Shown piece after piece: positions 52,722 through 64,000 of a stretch of DNA of 64,000 bases. The DNA comes from Octopus sinensis (Eukaryota). A program made the translations under genes and the position numbers. Each line of letters starts with the position of its first letter. Positions within the stretch are counted from its first letter, which is position 1. The notes below the pieces were generated by a model. The model had not been told where the DNA came from, searched no databases, and saw nothing but the letters and a program-made list of their open reading frames with translations. Location: positions 6,014,001 to 6,078,000 of the forward strand of contig NC_042999.1 in assembly GCF_006345805.1 (NCBI RefSeq), in the 5' to 3' direction.

Positions 52722-53019
52722 ATAGATTTAGTGTCCATCCGTACCGATAATGCAAAATTACAAGGAGCCCAACCCGTATTTCCACATCCGCTAAAAATCG
52801 TGGACATCGAAACAGCTGAGGAAATACATGAAGAAAGCATTCCGGTATAGCCTGGCAAGAGACAGCGATATCGTTATTGTAATACTGCAGTATTATAGTC
52901 TGAAGAAAGACAAAACATTCGCTTGGTCGTTACGACTGGAAATACTGTAAATATAGAAAGCAGTTCTATATTGTAGTTATTGATTTTATTTCGAGTTATT
53001 ATTATGAAATAACATGGAA

Positions 53020-53420
53020 AAGCGGCGAGCTGCCAGAATCGTTACCACGACGGCGGCAAGCTGGCAGAATCGTTAGCACGCCGGGCGAAATGCTTAGCGG
53101 TATTTCGTCTGCCGTTACGTTCTGAGTTCAAATTCCGCCGAGGTCGACTTTGCCTTTCATCTTTTCAGGGGTGGATAAATTAAGTACCAGTTACGCAATG
53201 GGGTCGATGTAATCGACTTAATCCCTTTGTCTGTCCTTGTTTGTCCCTTCTGGGCAATAAAAAAATAAGGATCGTTACCACGACAGGCAAATAGCGGCAT
53301 TTTCGTCCGTCTTTACGTCCTTAGTTCAAATTTCATCGTGGTTGACTCTGCTGTTAATCCTCTCGGAGTTGAGCACTCACCCCCGAACTTGCTGGCCTTG
53401 TGCCAAAATTTGAAACTGTT
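53020..53420 (+). mobile_element. SINE family A (53052-53270) nested in the head of an older A2 copy
   Basis: 14-bp TSD ATCGTTACCACGAC at 53038-53051 and 53271-53284. Confidence 0.88.
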
Positions 53421-53474
53421 ATGAAATATCATGGTGGTGTAATTGATCTAGAAGACATGCTACATTATAATTAT

Positions 53475-54501
53475 AACAAGTGCACTCAGAGAGCGCAAAC
53501 TTCCGCCAAGGCAACACCAAGGTCCTCTCAACGATTAACCGGAGATGATTTTTAAAGTGAGAATATCTGAAATAAACTCGAATGCTCTCACAAATAAGAA
53601 TACTAAAATGGAACCCGACCGCTCTCAAAACTTAAGTATAAAAACAGGAAAACTAATCCGGAATTCTTGTCCGGTACCTGATCGATCCCAATGAAAGTCA
53701 TGGAATGTAAAGGAGTGTGTTTGTAATGCTGTGTGTGTATTGTCTGCAGTGGGAACAGGGACAGTTTTCTCTATGAAGGCCTTTTTTAGTCTATCCATTA
53801 ATATAGTGCCTTTTCGACTATTAAGGTCTATAGTGAAAAATTTATCCGTGTGTGAAAAAAACGGAAAGGACCTGCATACGGTGCTGTTAACGGAGGTTTA
53901 TCAACATCGTGCACACAAAATCGGGAGCCCAAGATATAAAGCTTCTTTCAAGGCAGAGCTAGAAATGCAATTGTCAAGTAAGTAAGAGGTTTTAAACAGG
54001 AGCGATATATTCAAAATTGGTAAAGCTAAAAATTGCCGAGGATAAATTAAATTTATTATTGTTACTGGATATGTTAGTGTAATTTAATTTCTGAATGGTT
54101 TTGGTGCCGTTTGTTTATGTAGTTTGATTACTTTATCCATCAGTTTCTACTAAGATAGAGACACGAGTAAAATTAATAATAGAGAAACGAAAATAAAACT
54201 TTGGAAACAGCAACGCCATCATAACTAGTAGAAGACATGAGCGTGCTTTCAAGGGAGATAATCAGAGAATGACTTGAAAGTGAACGTAAGATCGTGTAAA
54301 GTAAATATAACAAATAATCCAGAATCCTTGTCCGGTACTGGATCGATCCCAACAGCTAACCAGTTCGTGCTAGTCACAAGACCAAACATCACTGAAAGTT
54401 TCATCCGAATCCATCCAGCGGTTCTTGAGATATCTTGTCCACGGACAAACAAACAAACACGACTGAAAACAATACCATCACCTCCGCTAAGGCAGAGGTA
54501 A
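53475..54501 (+). mobile_element. Helentron-associated (HINE/DINE-1-like) non-autonomous element, possibly composite
   Basis: 5' AACAAGTGCACTCAGAGAGCGCAAACTTCCGCCAAGGC; (ACAA)n near the 3' end; terminal hairpin CCTCCGCTAAGGCAGAGG related to the 5' subterminal motif; repeated AATCC.GAAT.CTTGTCCGGTAC.GATCGATCCCAA. Confidence 0.55.
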
Positions 54502-54504
54502 TAA

Positions 54505-54731
54505 TCTCTCTTTTGTCATTTTACTTGTTTCAGTCACTCGACTGCGGCCATGCTGGGGCACCGCCTTGGACGAACGAATTGACCCACCATTATTTTGTAA
54601 GCCTCGTACTTATTCTATCGGTCTCATTTTGCTGAACCGCTAAGGACGTAAATTCACCAGCACCGGTTATCAAGCATTGGTGGGGAACAAACACAAACAC
54701 AAAAACACACACACACATACACACACATATA

Positions 54732-54768
<37 letters not shown>

Positions 54769-54925
54769 GAAGACCTTTTTTTCAATTTCCGTCTACCAAA
54801 TCCACTCTCAAGGTTTTGGTGGACCCGACGCTTATTAGTAAGAGATACTTGCCCAAGGCACTGCGCAGTGGGACTAAATCCGGAACCATCAGGTTGAGAA
54901 GCAAACGTCTTACCACAGAGCCAAG
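54505..54925 (-). mobile_element. SINE family B, diverged, near full length
   Basis: ACTTGTTTCAGTCACTCGACTGCGGCCATGCTGGGGCACCGCC ... CTTACCACAGAGCC. Confidence 0.85.
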
Positions 54926-55077
54926 CCAGCAATTATAAGAATAATTATAAAACTTATTATGAATCAAGTGACTAACGGTTCGAATCTTATCAAGCAGTTC
55001 ATCTAAGAGCAAACATGTATCGCGTACAAGCAAAAGACTATTCTGCAAATAGCGACATCACAGTAAAACTGATGAGT

Positions 55078-55564
55078 GACTCTTTGATACGTTGGCTCGT
55101 TGACTCGTTCACTGGTTGGCTCGTTGACACTTTGGCTTGTTGGCTTGTTGGCTCGTTGGCTCTTTGACTCGTTGGCTCGTTGACTCGTTGACTCGCTGGC
55201 TCGTTGGATCGTTGGCTCTTCGATTCGTTGGTTCGTAGACTCGTTGACTCGCTGGCTCGTTGGCTCTTTGACTCGTCGGCTCGTTGACTCGTTGACCCGT
55301 AGACTCGTTGACTCGTTGGCTCGTTGACTCGTTGACTCGCTGGCTCGTTGGTTCGTTTGCTCGTTGGCTCTTTGACTCGTCGGCTCATTGACTCGTTGAC
55401 TCGCTGGCTCGTTGGTTCGTTGGCTCTTCGATTCGTTGGTTCGTAGACTCGTTGATTCGCTGGCTCGTTGATTCGTTGGCTCTTTGACTCGCCGGCTCAT
55501 TGACTCGTTGACTCGTTGGCTCGTTGGCTCGTTGGTTCGTTTGCTCGTTGGCTCTTTGACTCGT
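55078..55564. repeat. 8-bp minisatellite G(A/G)CTCGTT, ~60 units with higher-order variants
   Basis: Alternating GACTCGTT, GGCTCGTT, GGTTCGTT and GGCTCTTT units. Confidence 0.95.
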
Positions 55565-55847
55565 AGTGCTGAGGCAAATTCTGCCCACGGTGAAGAAAAA
55601 TACTTGAGGAAATAGAGTAAATGATAGGGGGAGTTTGTTATAGTCTCACATCTGTTTATTATTAGAGAAACTGAGAAAAACAGTTGGTCATTCTTCGGAT
55701 AACTGCTCTTTGAAGCTCAAGGGACGAATGCGGGATGTGATCCACAGATCTGTAAAAAATAAAACTTCAATCACTGTAAATAACAAAAGGAAAAACATTT
55801 TAGTACAGGTAGTGTTGTTCTTTGATAAACACTGAATGAGAATATAC

Positions 55848-56699
55848 GAGGTACGTTCAAAAAACAAAAGCAACTTTGGAATAAAGATTGTTTGCCAGCA
55901 TAACATGGCAGTCCTGGTTTAGGACGAATGTTGCTGTAATTTAGCCCCAGGAGACATCGTCTCCAGCTGGCTATACGACATGATCTGTGTCCTTATATTT
56001 TGGAACAAGGGACTCTAGTACCTCCACTCAGCTCAAAACAATATCTGTGTATCGCGATTTCCGGGTTATTTCCCTTCATCAGCACCAGCCGAACAATTAT
56101 TCTGTGCAGATGAAGGGAAATAACCCGGAAATCGCGATACACAGATATTGTTTTGAGCTGAGTGGGGGTGCTAGATTCCCTTGTTCGAAAATATAAGGAC
56201 ACAGATCGCGTCGTATAGCCAGCTAGAGACGATGTCTCCTGGGGCTAAACTACAGCAATGTTAGTGCTAAACCAGGACTGCCATGTTATGTTGGCAAACA
56301 ATCTTTACTCCAAAGTAGTGTTGCTGAATATCTCTCGTTGTGAGATTTACAAATAGTAATTTTCTATAAGCAACTTTGTATGGAAATCGCTCAGGACATG
56401 CTCGACTGTGCAAACCACGACTCAGGCTTGGTGAAGACCATCATCGCTGGTGGTGAGACGAGGGTTTATAGTCTCTGCTTGGTACGTTCGGCCATTTTGC
56501 ATGAAAACGAAAATCCGACCGTCGCTCACTACACATCTGTACTCTAGGCGTAACAGCCGTGAACTGACGCGACTTACCGGCGCGAAAAGTTTCACTCATG
56601 AGTAGGAAGGGTGACATGACCTTGCACTCAAAGGATCTTACCCACGCGGTATTAGTTTTGGCGTAAAAATAAAATCGGATACTTTGTGAAGGCAGCTCG
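55848..56699. mobile_element. Mariner-derived composite: TIR, 440-bp foldback, transposase fragment, inverted mariner 5' end
   Basis: TA|CGAGGTACGTTCAAA on the left; EIAQDMLDCANHD...IIAGGETRVY at ~56382-56470; 56500-56699 is the reverse complement of the 5' end of the mariner at 48617 and ends CTCG|TA. Confidence 0.75.
55873..56316. repeat. Foldback (~215-bp arms, ~13-nt loop) with an HHR-like motif at the inner end of each arm
   Basis: ACTTTGGAATAAAGATTG...CTTCATCAGCAC and CTGTGCAGATGAAG...CAATCTTTACTCCAAAGT. Confidence 0.93.
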
Positions 56700-56785
56700 T
56701 ATATTCTCAACTTGTCATTGACAAATTTATTGGATTAAGAGAGGAATGAACCGACCATAAAAGGAATTAATTATTTAAATAGTGA

Positions 56786-57395
56786 AAGGCAGCGAGCTGG
56801 CAGAAACGTTAGCACGCCGGGTGAAATGCGTAGCCGTATTTCGTCTGCCGTTACGTTCGGAGTTCAAATTCCGCCAAGGTCCACTTTGCCTTTCATCCTT
56901 TTGGGGGTCGATTAAATAAGTACCAGTTACGCACTGGGGTCGATATAATCGACTTAATCCGTTTGTCTGTCCTTGTTCGTCCGCTCTGTGTTTAGCCCCT
57001 TGTGGGTAGTAAAGAAATAGGTATTTCGTCGGTCTTTACGTTCTAAGTTCAAATTTCGCCGAGGTTGACTTTGCCTTTCATCCTTTCGGGGTCGGTAAAT
57101 TAAGTAACAGTTGCGTACTGGGGTCAATCTAATTGACTTAATCCTTTTGTCTGTCCTTGTTTGTCCCCTCTATGTTTAGCCCATTGTGGGTAGTAAAGAA
57201 ATAAGAAACGTTAGCACGCCGGGCGAAATGCTCAGCGGTATTTCGCCTGTCTTTACATTCTGAGTTCAAATTCCGCCGAGGTCGACTTTGCCTTTCATTC
57301 TTTCGGGGTCGATAAATTAAGTACCAGTTGTGTACTGGGGTCAATCTAATCGACTCCCCACTTCCCCCAAAATTTCGGGCCTTGTGTCTAGGGTA
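56786..57395 (+). mobile_element. SINE family A dimer followed by an A2-tailed unit
   Basis: Head at 56786; junctions at ~57020 and ~57203; tail AAATTTCGGGCCTTGTG. Confidence 0.88.
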
Positions 57396-57861
57396 GATAA
57401 GAATAAATTCCTTTCTTCTTTTTCAGTTCGGTGTAATCCATTCTTCTGGATAATGAAAGTCTCTGAAGATAAAGAGTGAAACAATGAAGACACTGCGAAC
57501 TAATTATGTTGACCAGAAATCACGGATGTAAACAAATATCTCCATGGTTTTCATGTCTGCCGGGAGATCACAGAAGGGGACTGGTTAGAGGAAACGGTGG
57601 GAGGGGGGGACAAAAGAAAAGGGGAATAGAAATCCCTTATATTTCTTCGTTTGCATATAAACATCCACATCCACACACATACAACACAACACAACACACA
57701 CGCACTAACATACACACATACGAACACACATACTTACGCGCGTGCACTCATACACACACACACACACACATTTACACATGTTGTTATGCAATATTAAACG
57801 AGAATTTTTTTTTAAACTATGAAAAGAAGCTGGGATAACAAAACAATAAGGCACTTATTTG

Positions 57862-58013
57862 ACTATGATGATGATGAGGAGGAGGAGGAGAAGGAGGAGG
57901 AGAAGGAGAAGGAGGAGGAAGAGGATGGTGGTAGTGGTGGTGGTGGTGGTGGTGGTGGTGATGAGGATGATGATGATGATGGCGGTGGTAGTGGTGGTGG
58001 TAGTGGTGGTGAC

Positions 58014-58044
<31 letters not shown>

Positions 58045-58078
58045 GTGGTGGTGATGGTGGTGGTGGTGGTGGTGATGA

Positions 58079-58112
<34 letters not shown>

Positions 58113-58183
58113 GGTGGTGGTGATGATGATGATGATGATGATGATAATGATGATGGTGATGATGATGATGGTGGTGATGATGA

Positions 58184-58217
<34 letters not shown>

Positions 58218-58320
58218 GGTAATCATGGTGATAATGATGATGATGATGATGACGACGACGATGATGATGACGACGACGGCGGCGGCGGCGGCAACGACAA
58301 CGAGGACGATGATAAGGAGG
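57862..58320. repeat. Compound trinucleotide microsatellite (GAT/GGT/GGA/GAC)
   Basis: Direct reading of the sequence. Confidence 0.95.
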
Positions 58321-59127
58321 GAGAAGAGGATTTATGATGGCTGAATAAACATCTTCATGTAGTAGGAGCGATGTCGACGGTGGCGATAAGAACAATAATT
58401 ACAGTTCTGTCTGAAATCACTGGATTCTCATTGTCATAATTTTTTTTTCTTTTACATCTCCATTTAATCATCATCAACATCATGATTTCCACAAATTATC
58501 ATCACCATCCTAATAACATAGAAAACAAACCAAAATAAAAAAAAAACTGAAGAAAATAATAAAGATGGCGGTGAAATTCATTCAATAGCAGACGACACTT
58601 GCGTATCGTTACTAAAATATTCAGAAATGACATTTTAGTGTCACATTAAAACTCCAATTTTTGTTTGAAACGAACCACAGATCTATGGAGATGATTCTAG
58701 TAGAGCATGTTTGATGTGGTCGAAATGACTGGCAGAGAAAAAAAAATGCGTGTTTTAGTGAAAATATTAACATTATCTTGAAAATGTACTGTGGTGAAGA
58801 TGAAGGGAGAATTGAAGGTCGATAATGATAAAGTTTTGAAATGAAAGGCAGTTTATATTATATCATGATATGTAAGACTCAGGGCAGGAAATATTGGAAA
58901 TGAGAAGATCAAAAAGATCGGAAGCCAATGATGATGTAAAGTACTTCAAAGAAGATACTTGAAGAAAAACGAAACGGTGTTCAGAAAGGTTACTGGTACC
59001 TGAGGCTGTTGAAACAAGAAGAAGAAGAAGAAACAAACAAAACAAAAAAGAAGAAAAAAGCGGTTGGTTTAGCGAACTGAAGAAGAAGTTTTTAATCAAT
59101 AAGAATATATAGTGACGGTGGGACTAC

Positions 59128-59510
59128 AAGGAGGAGGAGGAGGAGGGGGAGGAGGAGGAGGAGAAGGAAGTGGAGAAGAAGAAGAAGAAGAAGAAGAAGA
59201 AGAAGGAGAAGGAGAAGAAGGAAGAGAAGAAGAAGAAGAAGAAGAAGAAGAACAACAACAACAACAACAACAACAACAGCAACAACAGCACCAACAACAA
59301 CAACAACAAGTGGAAGAAGAAGAAGAACAAGAACAAGAATAAGAAGAGGAGGAGAAGAAGAAAGAGGAGAAGAAGGAAGAGGAGAAGAAGGAAGTGGAGG
59401 AGGAGAAGAGGAAGGAGGACGACGACGACAAGGAGGAGGAGAGGAGAAAAAGAAGGAGGAGGAGTAGGAAAACAACAACAACAACACCAAGATGACGATG
59501 ATAAAGAGTA
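59128..59510. repeat. Compound trinucleotide microsatellite (GGA/GAA/CAA)
   Basis: Direct reading of the sequence. Confidence 0.95.
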
Positions 59511-59739
59511 ACAAAACTTCTTCCATTTTTATTTTGTCACAATATGTTAAGACAGGTTCGTATTTCTTAATTACGCAAAATAATTAAATGAATATGGATA
59601 TAGAGATATCTAAATGAAAGATAGACAAATAAAATAAAGCGCGAAGGAGCGCGAAATAAATGAAATAAAGCTAATAAAGGTATTTTTATTCCTAAAAACA
59701 TTGTTCTTACACCCAACAGCATTGTTATTACACCCAACA

Positions 59740-60270
59740 GCAGGCGTGGCTGTGTGGTAAGTAGCTAGCTAACCAACCACATGGTTCCGGGTTCAGTCCC
59801 ACTGCGTGGCATCTTGGGCAAGTGTCTTCTACTATAGCCTCACACCAACCAAAGCCTTGTGAGTGGATTTGGTAGACGGAAACTGAAAGAAGCCTGACGT
59901 ATGTATATATATATATATATATATATGTATATTGATTAAACGGTTAAGATAACAAAATAAAGAAAGAGACCTCAATATTATGTAAATAGAGGAAATTTAT
60001 CTATACAATATGTTACATTACTCGGTAGTCAAGATAAAACTCTGAGTTTCAGATGCCGAAGTGGAAATCCACAACACCATCTCTTCGGTTATCTGGCTAT
60101 TTGAAAACGTTAGTGTTTTCCTTGGTGTCCGCTTCTGTATCATATTTTTTAGATAACGTTTTCAAATAGCCAGATAACCGAAGAGATGGTGTTGTGGATT
60201 TCCACTTCGGCATCTGAAACTCAGAGTTTTATCTTGACTACCGAGTAATGTAACATATTGTATAGATATA

Positions 60271-60315
<45 letters not shown>

Positions 60316-60532
60316 GTATGTGTGTGTCTGTGTTTGTCCCCCCAACATCGCTTGACAACCGATGCTGGTGTGTTTACGTCCCCCGTAACTTAGCGGTTCG
60401 GCAAAAAGAGACCGATAGAATAAGTACTGGGCTTACAAAGAATAAGTCCCGGGGTCAATTTGCTCGACTAAAGGCGGTGCTCCAGCATGGCCGCAGTCAA
60501 ATGACTGAAACAAGTAAAAGAGTAAAAGAGTA
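59740..60532 (+). mobile_element. SINE family B, full length, interrupted in its central (TA)n by a foldback element
   Basis: Head 59740-59900 and 3' module 60320-60532; insert ~59930-60268. Confidence 0.92.
59998..60268. repeat. Perfect 115-bp inverted repeat with a 41-nt spacer; each arm carries an HHR-like motif
   Basis: Arms 59998-60112 and 60154-60268 show no mismatch by eye. Confidence 0.95.
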
Positions 60533-60855
60533 ACTGTCTAAAAGGTGATAAAGCAATATTCATAAATAGTACAAACTCCTGATACGAAAATAGTTATAAT
60601 TGAAAGAAATACTATAAAATAACAAAAATAATCCACCTCAATTGAATAATTATAAAATCGAATTAATAGAAACACCCAAGCTGTAACCAGAGTAGATGAA
60701 TGAACTAAAGCTGGAACAAGAGAAGTGGCTAGGGATATGTAGTGGCTCACGGTTGTAAGGTCAAACACAGGCACAATGACACACACGTACATACATACAT
60801 ATAAATGTACACACACATACACACACACGTACACATACATACATACATGCATACA

Positions 60856-60891
<36 letters not shown>

Positions 60892-60899
60892 TATATATA

Positions 60900-60973
<74 letters not shown>

Positions 60974-60974
<1 letters not shown>

Positions 60975-61175
60975 TAATCCAAACATGAAAACACAAAGAG
61001 AAAACAACGCGAGGACGTGGAACAATATAGTAGTATTGGACTCTCAGGAAAAAAGGAAAGAAGGAGGGTTTAACGTTCCGAGCGGAGCTCTTCGTCGGAA
61101 ACATAGGAGAAGGAAAGATCCAGAGAAGGGAAGACACATGAAAAAAATCGCCAACGGTACACACGCGGTCACATT

Positions 61176-61180
<5 letters not shown>
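60974..61180 (-). mobile_element. Second copy of the ~215-bp HHR element, both ends in (TA)n
   Basis: Homologous to 35740-35956; motif at 61068-61102 reads GGAAC instead of GAAAC. Confidence 0.87.
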
Positions 61181-61211
<31 letters not shown>

Positions 61212-62154
61212 TTGACAGGGCTATTAGAGAAATGAAACAGGCTTGGAAGGACTGGAAGAACGGAGGTAGCAGGGAATTGTATCAGACTGCCAGAAGGGAA
61301 GCTAAGAGACAGGTTTATTTAGCCAGAGGGGAAGCAGATAAGAAAGAATTTGCCAATGTTCTGCGCCGTGAGGACCAAAGACTTGAGGTATTTCGTGTTG
61401 CAAGACAGTGTGTGAGAGAGAATCGTGATGTGGTAGGAGAGAAATGTGTCTGCATGGAGAATGGCTCACTTGCACTAAACGAGGCTGCAAAGGGAGAGGT
61501 TTGGAGACGCCACTACGAAAGGTTGCTCAATAAAGGGAATGAATGGGAGAAAGAGAGTCTGCCAAATGTCGACCCAACAGAGGGACCAGCTATCCGAATT
61601 GACAGTACCTTGGTAGATAAAACAATTAAGAGTATGAAGACAGGGAAAGCCCTCGGCCTATCAGGAATCACTGCAGAGATGCTCAAAATATCTGGCGGTG
61701 TCGGCTATAGCCTAGTCACCGTAAAGTTAATCAGGTGATACACGAAGGAGTCATTCCCAATGACTGGTGTAGCAGCATAATAGTCAACTGCTACAAAGGT
61801 AAAGGTGACGCCCTAGATACAAATAATTACAGCGGTATCAAGTTGTTGGATCAGGTAATGAAGGTCATGGAGAGGGTCATAGCCCAATTAGGGAGAGAGT
61901 CAGTTTAGATGAGATGCAGTTTGGGTTCGTGCCAGGGAAAAGCACCACTAACAGGAGAAATACCTAGACAAAGATAAACGTCTGTATCTGGCTTTCGTTG
62001 ACATGGAGAAAGCCTTTGACAGGGTCCCCCGATCCCTTATCTGGTGGTCAATGAGGAAACTAGGGATAGATGAATGATTAGTGAGAGCTGTGCAAGCCAC
62101 GTACAGGGACACTGCTAGTAAGGTGAGTGTTGGCAACGAGTACAGTGAAAAATT
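61212..62154 (+). mobile_element. RTE-clade LINE fragment (RT N-terminal half), frameshifted and internally deleted
   Basis: MKTGKA.G.SGITAEMLK, IPNDWCSSIIVNCYKGKGDALD.NNY.GIKLL, QFGFVPGKSTT, AFVDMEKAFDRVPR. Confidence 0.93.
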
Positions 62155-62730
62155 CCAGAAGGAGTCACCGAGAACAAGGACCATAAGATTCTGTGGGATT
62201 TTACAATCCAATGTGACTCCCTAATCGAGGCTCGGAGACCAGTCATTGTTGTGGTAAAGGAAAAAAGGAAACCAAGATGATAGATATTGCAATACCTGAG
62301 GATGCACCCACAAGAAGCATAAGAACTAGAAAAGATTGAAAAGTACGGACTACTAAAAGACGAAATTGCAAGAATGTCGACTATGAGGAAAGTGTCTGTC
62401 ATTCCAGTAGTTGTAGGGGACACTCGGAGCACTAACAACCAAGTCCGAGAAATATATCAAACAAATAGGAATTGACATGAGAGCAGAGCAAGGGCAAAGA
62501 ACTGCTCTGTTGGGGAGAGTTGGAATTTTCAGATTGGTACTTGGAAGTTGAATGTGTCCCACGATAATTAAAAACCAAGTATCGAAGCTTATGATGTGCG
62601 GAAAGAGACCCTGTGAGTCATCTGACAGTAGGCTGCTGTCCGCTCTCAAAGAATCTACTAGAACAAACAAGACCGAACGTTCTGAGAAGTAAAGCAATAA
62701 TAATAATAATAATAATGATAATAATAATCC
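62155..62730 (+). mobile_element. 3' fragment of an R4/Dong-like non-LTR element: restriction-like endonuclease, 3' UTR and (TAA)n
   Basis: PEGVTENKDHKILWDFTIQCD..IEARRP, MIDIAIP.D, ELEKIEKY.LLKDEI, VIPVVVG; stop at 62549-62551; (TAA)n from 62696. Confidence 0.83.
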
Positions 62731-63719
62731 TTTCTGCTGCTGGTGGTGGTGGTGGTGGTGGTGGTGGTGGTGATGATGATGCAGTGGCAGGCAGTGGCTC
62801 TCATGTCTTCTCATCTTAACTGATTGGAAGTGTTATCACGTACATGTTTTGTGTCGGTGTAAAAGATTGGCCACAACAAATATTCTGCTCTGTACTGTTG
62901 AGTTGCTCCTCAGTTGTTTGACCTTAACCAGTTGAGCCTGTCCCCTCGATCGATATCATAGCAAACGATGAAGTGATGCAACTGGACGGAGCCTTCTGTC
63001 TCCTATCATCGGACACCTAATCGTCAATTGCCGGACTATAAACGCGACGAATTTTTCGTTCGTCCTCAAAGCTTCAGCAGGTGGTTTTGTGGGAAAAAGA
63101 AAAGCAGTTTCTGGCCCTTATTATTGTCGCTGGTTCTGCTATTGTCTGTTGATCTTTCATAATTCATATTTGCAGCAGAACAGGTTTCTACAATCAATCT
63201 GTTGGTTTTTCTTCCCACCCTCGCAACAAAACATCCCAGTAGAATGACTGCAGTCTTTGGAAGTCACAAAGGTTGACATGTCCACGCAGACATTCTCACC
63301 CGGCTACATTCAGGTATTCATATACTTCCATACGCCCTTCCCCAATCATTGGGATCCATAATATTCCATATATCAGTCAAGGCTTCCTTCAAACTACCCT
63401 TTGGGGGATCATACAGAGAATCCTTCCGCATTTTGAGAGGTAAAACTACGTAACTTTTCTCTATTTCTTTCTTCAAAATCGTCAAACGAGGAAGATGAGA
63501 GTGTCGTCATACACCCACTCAACAATTGTTTTTGTTTTGTTGTGTTTGTTTTGTTGCTTTTTTTTTTTTTTGCTTGTTTTGCCTTTTTTTTTTCTCAGCG
63601 TTGACCATGTTCAGAATTACTTTTTCGCAGTGAAAAATGACAACAAATTTGTTACTTTTGTTACCGTTTCGTTTGATGAGAAATTTTCATTTTTTTCTGT
63701 GTAGCACAAAAGTCTGAAT

Positions 63720-63790
63720 TTGTTTACTCTTTTACTCTCTTTTACTTGTTTCAGTTATTTGACTGCGGCCATGCTGGAGCACCGCCTTTA
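63720..63790 (-). mobile_element. SINE family B tail fragment
   Basis: TACTCTTTTACTTGTTTCAGTTATTTGACTGCGGCCATGCTGGAGCACCGCC. Confidence 0.85.
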
Positions 63791-63836
63791 AGTTTCTTTT
63801 CTTTTTTACCAACTGTTTGTCAACTTCCTATCAGCA

Positions 63837-64000
63837 ACTTACACTCGCCTCCTTATGAGAGCTCAAAATCTCTCGTGGAAGCGTCATCCAACCAAAGTAC
63901 AAATATATGGGAAATTACCACCTGTATAACCTCATGTCAAAGGTAGAGCTGAAAACGAGGTAATTTCTACTCTTCTCCTCTGGAAGCCATCTGCTCGCGA
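63837..64000 (+). mobile_element. RTE/RTE-X-like LINE ORF2 C-terminal fragment
   Basis: TYTRLLMRAQNLSWKRHPTKVQIYGKLPPV*...RAENEVISTLLLWKP; family assignment from recall. Confidence 0.7.

Noticed and set aside
55068-55095. CTGATGAG...GATACGTT at the start of the minisatellite
   Set aside because: No stem II or stem I; a chance match
57455-57495. CTGAAGA...GAAAC motif
   Set aside because: No stem II and no NUH triplet in register
57817-59526. Long poly-H, poly-D/G, poly-E/Q and poly-K ORFs
   Set aside because: Translations of trinucleotide microsatellites, open in most frames, with no unique coding flanks
62980-63500. Possible decayed gag or zinc-knuckle (GHLIVNC) coding relic
   Set aside because: Multiple stops in all frames and no complete CCHC motif; too weak to call

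Overview
Eukaryotic, repeat-dominated DNA with no confidently callable host gene. The tRNA-derived SINE families, long (TA)n/(CA)n/(TAGA)n tracts and LINE types match what I recognise from octopus (coleoid cephalopod) genomes; the species assignment is inference. 1-12656 is a 96-bp satellite (~131 copies) ending at a 100-N gap. The remaining 51 kb is a nest of SINEs (many with intact 9-18 bp TSDs), decayed Tc1/mariner elements (DD37D, DD34E, mariner), two Helitron-like and one Helentron-like non-autonomous elements, RTE, CR1/L2-like and R4/Dong-like LINE fragments, and a 3-kb palindromic Penelope-like element (PLE) with a GIY-YIG endonuclease. The most notable signal is a set of at least six sequence-unrelated type I hammerhead-ribozyme (HHR) motifs in short elements, most sitting in or beside (TA)n. 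They include a canonical HHR in a 359-bp terminally redundant retrozyme-like unit (32609-33007), a variant with a compensatory G3:C8 core swap (52388-52438), U4C variants, and head-to-head foldbacks with an HHR on each strand (55873-56316, 59998-60268). All folds were worked out by hand and none has been tested.
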